The translations under genes were made by a program, and so were the position numbers. From the NCBI RefSeq assembly GCF_902652985.1, contig NC_047031.1, positions 16,306,001-16,370,000 of the forward strand: a stretch of DNA of 64,000 bases. The letters run 5' to 3'. Source of the DNA: Pecten maximus. Lineage: Eukaryota. This document shows, in pieces, positions 24,820-49,238 of this stretch. The notes under the pieces were generated by a model. The model worked only from the letters and a program-made list of their open reading frames with translations. It did not search any database and was not told the DNA's origin. Positions within the stretch are counted from its first letter, which is position 1, and each line of letters opens with the position of its first letter.

Positions 24820-25155
24820 GGAGGCACAGTGGCCTTGTGGTAGGCTGCTGAACTATGAGACTGAAGGGTTGCTAGTTCATGTGCCTACATGGCACTGTGT
24901 TGTCAACTGTTAACGTATGCCTCTCTTGCAATTGTGTTCCAGTCAATTCAGCTGTATAAAGGAGTACGCGTAAGGGCAGTGCAAGACATATAATGTGTAA
25001 ACTGTAAGTGCCAAAATGGCAGCTCCGGCTGTATGCTCCCTAGTGACTTTGAGAAAGACATTAGCTAGTTGCTAAATGCCCAATAACCACGGATACTAAT
25101 TTGTAAGCACTTTCAGACAGTTATATTGCTGTGATATAGAGGCAATAAAAACTTC
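24820..25155 (+). mobile_element. tRNA-derived SINE (Deu/Nin-like)
   Basis: Box A/B-like head GTGGCCTTGTGGT...GGTTGCTAGTTC followed by CAGCTGTATAAAGGAGTAC...ATGGCAGCTCCGGCTGTATGCTCC. Confidence 0.6.
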
Positions 25156-25779
25156 AAATTATTAGTATTATTTTATGTTATGTTGGATTAGTAGGATAAT
25201 TTGGTCGATATGTTGAGGTTGTCAGATTGGACTTGTTTCACTCTAAACTGACTGTTGACCAATTTTGTTAGGGTAATTTTGTTGATGAATTTGATTTTAT
25301 CCATTATGGAACATGAAATGAGAAATAAAGGCCTCAGAGGTTTAAAAAAAAATCTTTTGGTTTTGTGTTGATCACTCTATGACAGTATGGAATGGGAAAA
25401 TGGGAAAACAGTATGTTTAATGATCTGAGATATTTAAAGGAAGGATTAAATTGATTGATGTCAAATAAAAGAGATAGAATGGAAGACAGAATGTTAAGAA
25501 CAGGGCACTATTGAGGGATAATGTATGACGTAATAGAAAGGCAGGGAGCTGAATAAAAGAAAGAAGAAGGGATATTTTCATCAATAATTATAATTGAGGA
25601 TATATTAAGTTAGCTAGCCCATGGGGAATTCTGGACAGAGTAGAGACACACCTAATAGCTGTCCATCTAAGGGAGATAAACACACCCATAGTATGAAGTT
25701 GACCAATTAAAACATCTGTCAGATAATTTTCATTAAAAAACACCTTAATTTTAGAAAACCATAGAGATTTATTTCATTT

Positions 25780-26505
25780 TTGTTGTCACTGTTGTGTATT
25801 TTGTCACTGGTGTGTATTTTGTCTCCATTGTCACTGTTGTGTAGTTTGTCTCCATTGTCACTGTTGTGTATTTTGTCTTTGTATGTTGTCACTGTTGTAT
25901 ATTTTGTCTTTTTGCGTTGTCACTTGTATATTTCATCTTTGTTGTCACTGTTGTATATTTTGTCTGTGTGTTGTCACTGTTGAATATTTTGTCTGTGTTG
26001 TCACTGTTGTATATTTTGTCTGTGTGTTGTCACTTTTGTATATTTTGTCGGTGTGTTGTCACTGTTGTATATTCTGTCTTTGTTGTCACTGTTGTATATT
26101 TTGTCTGTGTTGTCACTGTTGTATATTTTGTCTGTGTGTTGTCACTTGTATATTCTGTCTTTGTTGTCAATGTTGTATATTTTGTCTGTGTTGTCACTAT
26201 TGTATATTTAATCTTTGTTGTCAATGTTGTTTATTTCATCTTTGTTGTCACTGTAGTATATTTTGTCCATGTGTTGTCACTGTTGTATATTTTGTCTCTG
26301 TTGTCACGATTGTATATTTTGTCTTTGAGTGTTGTCACCATTGTATATTTTGTCTTTGTGTGTTGTCACCATTGTATATTTTGTCTTCGTTGTCACTGTT
26401 GTTTATTCTGTCTGTTTGTTGTCACTGCTGTATATTTCATCTTTGTTGTCACTTTTGTTTATTCTGTCTGTTTGTTGTCACTGCTGTATATTTTGTCGTT
26501 ATGTG
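25780..26505. repeat. ~27-29-bp degenerate minisatellite
   Basis: Units GTTGTCACTGTTGTATATTTTGTCTGTGT; the source of spurious hydrophobic ORFs. Confidence 0.92.
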
Positions 26506-27784
26506 TTGACATGGTGGTTCATGTTGTCTTGACAAATGATATTTTAATTTGATATTTAAAGAAGGACGGTTTCAATTGGTAGAGATATAATAATAAAAGA
26601 ACCACAGATGACTTAAATGAAATAGATGGAATTGAAAAACAGTTTAATCATAACATTAATGTAAATTTATTGCACAAAATTTCTTGATGAAATCTCATGG
26701 GGCAAGATGTCAGATTAGACAGGAATGAGACTACTCAGCGGATTGATTAGACAGGTTTTTACTGTATAAAGTATATAAAATACACAACATTTACATACAC
26801 ATTCTCTCATTCTCCAAGGAATATAATTAAGTCTCCAAACAATGTTAACCTAAGATACCATTTTAAAACATTAGCTAACATTTTTAACATGACATAACCA
26901 TTTAAAATCAACAGTATTCTTTTCAAACATAGAAATCCTTTCAAGACATAACATTTTAAAACAGAGATTATCTTAAACATAAGGTATTATTTAAGCCATC
27001 AGGGAATCTTTTAAAGCATTGAATTGGTATTAGCCAAAATTTGTTACCTTGAATTGCTAAAAATACACGCACAAAAAAAGATGCTATGGCTGGCTGGCAA
27101 CAACTATTTTTCCTTTAAACAACTTCTTCTCAATAACAAAGAGACCCAGAGATCTGATGTCAAGTGTGTAGCATACTGGGATGAAGGGCTTCCAAGTTTG
27201 TTCAAATGAATGACCTTGACCTACACTCATGGTCATAGGTTTCAAGTAGATTAAAATCTAAAAATGACTTCTCAAGAACAAGGAGGCACAGGGACCTAAA
27301 TTAAGGCCCGTAGCATGCTTGGGTTAAGAGCTACCATGTGATTCAAATGCACAATCTTTACCTACATTTCGCTCTAATTATTTAACATATATATCCATCA
27401 ATAAGCCCCTGTAGAATGAACATCCCCCCTACTTGTTGCAATTCAATAGAAATACAAACAAACAAAAGCAATGTACCAATGTACCAGTCCTGTAATATGA
27501 CCATCCCCAAACTTAGTGTAGACTGATTATTTATTGGCCAACTGGCCTTACCTCAATGATAAATATGATACCTGTCAATAACGTCAACCTTCTACTTCCT
27601 CACTGCTGGGAGTTGTTGGTGTCAAGTGACCAGGATGTAAAACATCAATTCCAGATTTCATTGGTGCTGTAAATATGTAACTACTTATACCGGTAATATG
27701 ATCTGTTAAAATTTGTTAATGGAAATTCGAGTGCACCTAGATCAATCACAAAAATTCTATAAAGATAGTTGTTCCTTCAGATGC

Positions 27785-29135
27785 CATGTTGCTTTAGACC
27801 TCATATTATTTAAGTCACTATGTTCAATAAGACCCCATGTTACTTAAGTCCATATGTTCAATTAGACCTCACATTACTTACGTCTCTATGTTCAATAAGA
27901 CACCATGTCTCTTACGTCCCTATGTTCAATAAGACCCCATGTTACTTAAGTCCCTATGTTCAATAAGACCCCATGTTACTTCAGTCCCTATGTTCAATAA
28001 GACACCATGTCTCTTACGTCCCTATGTTCAATAAGACCCCATGTTACTTACGTCCCTATGTTCAATAAGACCCCATGTTTCTTACGTCCCTATGTTCAAT
28101 AAGACCCCATATTACTTACGTCCCTATGTTCAATAAGACCCCATGTTTCTTACGTCCCTATGTTCAATAAGACCCCACATTACTTACGTCCCTATGTTCA
28201 ATAAGACCCCATGTTTCTTACGTCCCTATGTTCAATAAGACCACATATTACTTAAGTCCCTCTGTTCAATAAGACCCCATGTTTCTTACGTCCCTATGTT
28301 CAATAAGACCCCATGTTTCTTACGTCCTTATGTTCAATAAGACCCCATGTTTCTTACGTCCCTATGTTCAATAAGACCCCATGTTTCTTAAGTCCCTATG
28401 TTCAATAAGACCCCATGTTACTTAAGTCCCTATGTTCAATAAGACCCCATGTTACTTCAGTCCCTATGTTCAATAAGACCCCATGTTCATTAAGCCCCTA
28501 TGTTCAATAAGACCCCATGTTCCTTGTTTCCACATATTACTCCAGGTCATATCTTACTTTTGTTCGCATGTTCCTTTGATCGAATTGTTACTTAACTCAT
28601 ATATTACTTTGTACTTTAGTTCATGCGTTACTAAACCCACATAACTCTAGTCCACATATTGCTTTAGTCCACATGTAACGTTAGTCCAACTGTTACTTTA
28701 GTCCTCATGTTACTTAATCCGTGTTATTTTAGTCCGCATGCTACTTTATTCCGCAAGTCCACATGTTACTTAAGTCCACATGTTACTTAAGTCTTACTTA
28801 AGTCCACGTGTAACTTAAGTCCCTGTGTTACTTAAGTCCCCGTGTTACTTAAGTCCCCGTGTTACTTAAGTCCCCGTGTTACTTAAGTCCACATGTTACT
28901 TAAGTCCTCGTGTTACTTAAGTCCACGTGTTACTTAAGTCCACGTGTTACTTAAGCCCCCGTGTTACTTTATTCCTCGTGTTACTTTACTCCACATATTG
29001 TTTCAGTAAACATGTTACTTCAGCCCACATATTGTTTCAGTAAACATGTTACATTAGTCCACATATTGATTCAGTAAACATGTTACATTAGTCCACATAT
29101 TGATTCAGTAAACATGTTACTATAGTCCCCATGTC
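27785..29135. repeat. 17-bp-based satellite complex (34-mer A, 17-mer, 34-mer B)
   Basis: TATGTTCAATAAGACCC+CATGTTACTTAAGTCCC, then CACGTGTTACTTAAGTC, then CACATATTGATTCAGTA+AACATGTTACATTAGTC. Confidence 0.9.
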
Positions 29136-29243
29136 CCTTTCATCCACATGCTCTTGACACCCACATGTTGTACTAAAATCCTTATATTCTCTCAACACCC
29201 GATGTTCAATTAAACGTTCATTCGTTGTCTCCCACTTCATAAA

Positions 29244-31613
<2,370 letters not shown>

Positions 31614-31717
31614 TTAAAAGATAGATGAATAATTACTTTTCACTTGTTGTCATGTTTCATAGATAAAAGTTTTACCCTAGCAAATTATCCATGTATAACC
31701 CCTCCTGCATCACTGGA

Positions 31718-31938
31718 TACTGTAAACGTGGTTATTTTCGCGGGGGTTAATTTCGCGATTTCGATATGCAAACTATACGTGTGGGGTTAATTTTCGCGAT
31801 CGATCCACTTTCTCTTGTAGTTCAAGATTACGCAAATTGATATCAAAATAATACGCGTGGGGAAATTTTCGCGATCAAAAGGACTCCGCGTAATTGTTGT
31901 GAATTTCCCCCCTCGCGCAAATATCCACGTTTACAGTA
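31718..31938. mobile_element. TA-targeting MITE (TACTGTAAACGTGG...CCACGTTTACAGTA)
   Basis: Terminal inverted repeats, TA ends and internal TTTCGCG motifs. Confidence 0.8.
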
Positions 31939-32146
31939 ACATGAATAATTGTTAGTGTGTACTTTTTTCATGGTTGGTGCATTCAACTGTTTTTCTGAGT
32001 ACTAATGATACCACCTACAACAATATTCGTTACAATGATATTCGTGGTTACATAGCAACCACGAAAATAACCAACATTTCAGGTTCTACAGTAAGTAGTA
32101 CAACGCCAGACCGAGTGATCACATATTACATTTTGTTGATCCCTAG

Positions 32147-33140
32147 TAACATTGGGCCTCGCGTTGTCCTACTGCAACGTAAGGATACGTTGATGGACAA
32201 CAGGAAGAACGCGTGGTCTCAAGACCTGATCTCGATATCTTACTGCCACATGTAGGAGTACCATCGATAACCACCAGAGGTGTTTTCATGCCTCCAGATA
32301 TCCCACCCCATACCACAACAGACCCTCTACCGAATCTGTCGCTTTCCGTTACTCAAGCGTCAGAAAATCGCTCAACATGAAATCGATAGACGCGTTGTCG
32401 TCCATCTGACCTGTAAAGCGTAAAGCGAGACTCTTCAGTGAACAAAATGCGTCTTCAGTTGGCCAAACCGAACCGATTAGGTCCATGTGCAAGCAGCTTC
32501 AGTATTCAACGTTGGCGTCGCCTCTGCGTAAGTGGCGGACCAGCATGGGGACTTCGTGGCATTAAATGAAACTCCACAACCGATTTCTAACCGTTCTTGG
32601 TCACACTGGCCGATCACGGATGCCGACAACTTGACGTGCCGTGTCGGGCGCCGTCTGAAATCGGTAACGGATGTACGAGAGACATATACCTCTTTCTTGA
32701 TGTCGCGACGTAATGCACGGGCGTCCGTTCCTGGGACGGTCACCTAATCTCCCTGTGACTCTGAGACACCCAACTAAACGAGATCTATTGTCGCCTCATG
32801 TACAACATATTGCTGGGCTCCATGGCGTTGAGAATGCTCCTGCATTATCAGAGCAATGGCCCCATCACGATCGACTTCACATATATACGGCATTCCGCTT
32901 TGCAATCGTTTTGAAAAGAAATGGTTTGTAACTGATCTGTACTGTTCTAATGTTCGATCTGTAATGAATTACCAGCAAAAATGGTGCAAGAGTACTCGGG
33001 ATGCACGCGTTCTTAAAAAATCAGTTGAAGGCATGCAGCGTCAAGCGGGGTCACGGTCGACTGAACTTTAACGGAGGAACATTTTCACAGTGCACGGAGT
33101 TAGCTCAGTGTGAAATTTAATTGAATTTAATTGAATTTTT
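32147..33140 (-). mobile_element. Truncated copy of the same Tc1 element inside duplicate copy A
   Basis: Homologous to 38670-39580 (QDNARP, LFTEESR, shared RRRPTRHVKLSAS segment). The part encoding the catalytic E and the TIRs is missing. Confidence 0.8.
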
Positions 33141-33355
33141 AGACCAATCGCGGTTTGATATTCTATTAAATTGACTTTTTTTTTTAAAACCCCTTTTTGT
33201 TTTTAAAACCCCTTTAACCCCCCAAAAATTGCTTAAATTTTAAAAACCCATTTTTTTAAAAAGGTTTTTTTTTTCCAACTTGTTCTTTAATTTTTTCCTT
33301 TTTTTAGTTTTTCAAAAATTTTCCTTTGTTTTTTTAACCCCGCAATTGGGGCCCT

Positions 33356-34362
33356 TTACTTTATTCCACAAGTCCACATGTTACTTAAGTCCACATGTTA
33401 CTTAAGTCTTCCTTAAGTCCACGTGTAACTTAAGTCCACGTGTTACTTAAGTCCCCGTGTTACTTAAGTCCTCGTTTTACTTAAGTCCTCGTGTTACTTA
33501 AGTCTACGTGTTACTTAAGTCCACGTGTTACTTAAGTCCACGTGTTACTTAAGTCCCCGCGTTACTTAAGTCCACGTGTTACTTAAGTCCCCGTGTTACT
33601 TAAGTCCCCGTGTTACTTAAGTCCTCGTGTTACTTAAGTCCACGTGTTACTTAAGTCCCCGTGTTACTTAAGTCCACGTGTTACTTAAGTCCTCGTGTTA
33701 CTTAAGTCTACGTGTTACTTAAGTCCTCGTGTTACTTAATTCCACGTGTTACTTAAGTCCCCTTGTTACTTAAGTCCCCGTGTTACTTTATTCCTCGTGT
33801 TACTATAGTCCACATATTGTTTCAGTAAACATGTTACATTAGTCCACATATTGATTCAGTAAACATGTTACTATAGTCCACATATTGATTCAGTAAACAT
33901 GTTACATTAGTCCACATATTGATTCAGTAAACATGTTACTATAGTCCACATATTGATTCAGTAAACATGTTACATTAGTCCACATATTGATTCAGTAAAC
34001 ATGTTACTATAGTCCACATATTGATTCAGTAAACATGTTACATTAGTCCACATATTGATTCAGTAAACATGTTACATTAGTCCACATATTGATTCAGTAA
34101 ACATGTTACTATAGTCCACATATTGATTCAGTAAACATGTTACTATAGTCCACATATTGTTTCAGTAAACATGTTACATTAGTCCACATATTGATTCAGT
34201 AAACATGTTACATTAGTCCACATATTGATTCAGTAAACATGTTACATTAGTCCACATATTGATTCAGTAAACATGTTACATTAGTCCACATATTGATTCA
34301 GTAAACATGTTACATTAGTCCACATATTGATTCAGTAAACATGTCACTATAGTCCCCATGTC
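33356..34362. repeat. 17-bp and 34-bp satellite arrays (expanded second copy)
   Basis: Same units as 28740-29135, with more copies. Confidence 0.92.
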
Positions 34363-34470
34363 CCTTTCATCCACATGCTCTTGACACCCGCATGTTGTAC
34401 TAAAATCCTTATATTCTCTCAACACCCGATGTTCAATTAAACGTTCATTCGTTGTCTCCCACTTCATAAA

Positions 34471-45284
<10,814 letters not shown>

Positions 45285-46013
45285 CTGCAGTAAAGACGAA
45301 AAATAATAAGAAATAACTTTTAAAACATATAAACGATGTAGTTTTTATGCTGGTAGTTAAAATGTAAAACTGCTGGTGAAATAAATCAACGAACTAATGC
45401 GTTTCAGCACGCATAACAAAATTATGTCAATTTGAATCATTTCTGGTGATAATAAGACTGCATTTGAATCAGGAATATAATTTTATTAATGTGTCATTTG
45501 AAAAGATACATCCACTTATTCAGCTTGCATTAAATCTTAACTTTGTTTCGTTTTCAACTGCATATCTGCATTTGCATCTACCGCTACATTGACCAATCAC
45601 ATACTTCATCTTGACCAGTATCGCCACCTGTCGCGTCATATCCGGGACCAAAAGAATATTATAGGGCTATGTCGAAAAATGATTATTCTACGCGTGGCTA
45701 GATTATGTGGTCGTCAGTAAATGTAAAATGTACAAACATCTTCATTTTTAATAAAAAAAAAAGGATTGCATACAGGATGATCATTACTAAATCAACAGAT
45801 CTTTTCTGCTTCACACTATAGTAATTTGACATTAAGTTTTGCGTCGGGTTATATTTTGGTCGTCATAAATCAAAGTTTAGTTTTGGCTTAAATGGACAAA
45901 TAAAACAATAAGAACTCGTGTTTAAACAAAATGAAACTACGAAAACAATACAGATATTGCGAATACTGGTCATCCATTTACACATGATCAAACGGTCCAA
46001 AAAAGGTGTTTAC

Positions 46014-46983
46014 TTGGTCAGTTTGAGTTTATATCGTGACAAATTCTTGATATCGTCATTGAGGTCCTGTGTCAGTATCTCTTTGTACATGAGAAAGTTG
46101 GGGATGGTCCTGGCAGAGGTTGTCATTCAGTCGTCTCAATAAAGGGGCGGAGTCAGGCAGACCCTTAAGCGATCTGGCACGCCCTCCAAAAATTCTTTTC
46201 CCAGCTTCCCCGGATTTCATTATTTTATATATCTTCTGTACAAAACTAAATACGGAGAAAAAAATGTAAAGATGAACTACACTCCTTTCAATTGAAGAAT
46301 ACAATGTGCATATAGTTATCATTTTCAATGCATAATTGGGCACATATTTATTAGCGGCATACAGCGTTTATTTCACTTCATTACCGTCTGTTTGATGAAT
46401 ATAGTTTTGTTACTTGCTGAATTATTGATATTTTGAGAGGATAGCACAATATTGTTACAGACGTTTATAATTTACAAAAGAAAAGTAAAACAATTCAGTA
46501 TTCTCATATGTGAGTTTTAGATAAAATATCAATATAACACTGTCTAATAAAAATTATCAGCAATATTGGTTCGAAGCAAGATAGTAGCATTTTACATGTT
46601 ACAAGAGTATTCAGCTGTTACAACATAAGTTGCTTCGAACGGAAAATAACACAGCATACATTGTATGTATGGACATTAAAAAAATGCCCTGGTGTCCTTC
46701 ACATGCACAATTGTATAAAGTCCTTTGATTTTCACGCGCCTTTTATTGTGAATAACATATATGTATATCTTATTCACAAATACTTTGGAACCGTAAAGTA
46801 GAAGATACATGTTCTGTTAATTGTTAAAACAGCCACTAGGTAATTACGAAATTAATAAAATGTACTTACGAAGCAGCACTGTGATCCAGACGAAAGCTAC
46901 CGAGGCAGTTGTTAGTATTACTACGAGAAAAACGTTGTCCTCCTTTTCCTCCGCGAACACTCTGGTGGATTTCTCCTCCGGCT
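46014..46983 (-). CDS. ALK-like RTK transmembrane and juxtamembrane exons
   Basis: 46983-46870 encodes ...NVFLVVILTTASVAFVWITVLL. 46245-46014 begins LLYRRY (stop-transfer) and ends TIPNFLMYKEILTQDLNDDIKNLSRYKLKLT (ALK-like pre-kinase), but needs two compensating indels (+2, +1) internally. Confidence 0.75.
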
Positions 46984-48289
46984 CTGTAATGCATTAATCA
47001 GGAAATTTGGTTTGGTCTGGTTTTATTTGTTTAAGGACGGCCTCCCGTGCGTGCGATATGCATGCGTGGTCGTGATGTGTGCGTATGTGTGTTTTGGAAG
47101 GCTGCGGTATGTACGTGTTAAGTCCTCTTACGATAGTCTGGAACTTTTGCCAATTTATAGTGCTACCTCACTGAAGCATATACTGTCGGAGACACCCAGC
47201 AGGACACCCCACCTGGTTACAAAATACTGGCAATGGGCGAACCAGTCGTCCCACTTCTTGTATGTTGAGCATTACATTAATCGGGAAAAAGGATCCGTGT
47301 ATCAATACAAGAAATGAAGTTCCTTTGACTATTCGGTAGCAACGGAAATAAATGGTGCGATCGAGCTCTCTGGTATCCCAGCATGCTTAAAATAGTTTGT
47401 GGTGAAGTGTGGTACTTTTTACGGGTTATTCAAAAGTAATTGTTTGATTCAATCTCAATGAACTTACAATTTATGACTGCAATATGTTAAAAGTAAAAAC
47501 AATCAGCTGGGCTGTATTTGTGTGAGCAAACCATTGAAACAGTTCCTAGACAAACAGACGCTTACCCTTCGGGGACATCTGGTATTTCTCGGGATTTTTG
47601 TACTTTGCTCAATTTTATACTACGATTACAATTAGTAACACACAACCATTCATTACATTTCTTCAAACAACATTCATTGTATGACCCTCGAAACCAACGG
47701 GAACGATTCGGGATTCAATATTTCAACTGAAATTGTTATACACACGCTTAACCCCAGTAGCGATAGCAACATTTTACGATGTAGAACTGTAGATAATGAA
47801 GCATTTGAAATCATAAAACTCTTAGAATTCATTATGATAAAATCGTGTATCTCATTGTGACCTTCTACCTGTCATTTATCATGCTTGATTTGTTTTTTAG
47901 GTGTTACCGTTATAGCAACAGTCAGGGTCATATGAAGGGGTCAAGCATACTCATATAGAGGAAACCTAGTCAGAAAAGAAAGGACCGATTTAAATGAAAT
48001 GTAACAATGATTACATACTGTATTATGTGTCAGTGGACGTGTCAGGTATTTTGTTTACCTTCTATGGTAATAAATGTCGGACGCATACATTAAACATATA
48101 AGCAGACGACATTTTGTTTTTGTTAACCATGACAACCACGTTACTGGCTCATTGTTTTATTTTTATGTTATAAGACACATTTCGCTTTTGTTTACAGCGT
48201 TGAACGACAGTGAGTCATACACATTACGTGTGCGTAAACAAAAGTCCTGACAGTAACCATGAAACCCATCCATGACAGAAAGTAGTGTT

Positions 48290-49010
48290 TCATTGATATT
48301 GTCTGTATTACATTGACATTGACTGTATTACATTGACAGTAACTGTATTACATTGATATTGACTGTATTACATTGACAGTAACTGTATTACATTGATATT
48401 GTCTGTATTACATTGATTTTATTACATTGACTGTATTACATTGACAGTAACTGTATTACATTGACAGTAACTGTATTACATTGATTTTATTACATTGACT
48501 GTATTACATTGACAGTAACTGTATTACATTGACAGTAACTGTATTACATTGACAGTAACTGTATTACATTGACAGTAACTGTATTACATTGACTGTATTA
48601 CATTGACAGTAACTGTATTACATTGACAGTAACTGTATTACATTGACATTGACTGTATTACATTGCTTTTATTACATTGACTGTATTACATTGACATTGA
48701 CTGTATTACATTGATTTTATTACATTGACTGTATTACATTGACATTGACTGTATTACATTGATTTTATTACATTGACTGTATTACATTGACATTGACTGT
48801 ATTACATTGATTTTATTACATTGACTGTATTACATTGACATTGACTGTATTACATTGATTTTATTACATTGACTGTATTACATTGACATTGGCTGTATTC
48901 CGTTGACTTTATGACATCAACTATAAGATTGACATTGGCTTTATTGAATTGACATCATTGGATTGACATTGGCTGTATTACAATTGCATTGACTGCAGTA
49001 TATTGATAAT
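48290..49010. repeat. Minisatellite built on a TATTACATTGA core (14/20-bp and composite units)
   Basis: CTGTATTACATTGACAGTAA, ...GACATTGA and ...TTTTATTACATTGA variants. Confidence 0.9.
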
Positions 49011-49238
49011 GTGTTACTTCCAAAACAATTTTAACCAACTTCATTAATCACCTTTATTATCACTTGTAATTGTTCGAATGTAAGCGTGATAAGGGTCTTT
49101 GGGAGGGAACCGGAACATCCGGAGAAAACCAAATTGATCGGGCAGGTGACGTCATGCCTTTTAAACTGGAGCCCCGACCGCCTTGGTATAAGGCATGTGT
49201 GTTGCTATACTTTGTCACTGACTGCATTGTTAACTTAC

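Noticed and set aside
25780-26552. Long hydrophobic or Cys-rich ORFs resembling membrane proteins
   Set aside because: Translations of a GT-rich minisatellite that is open in several frames.
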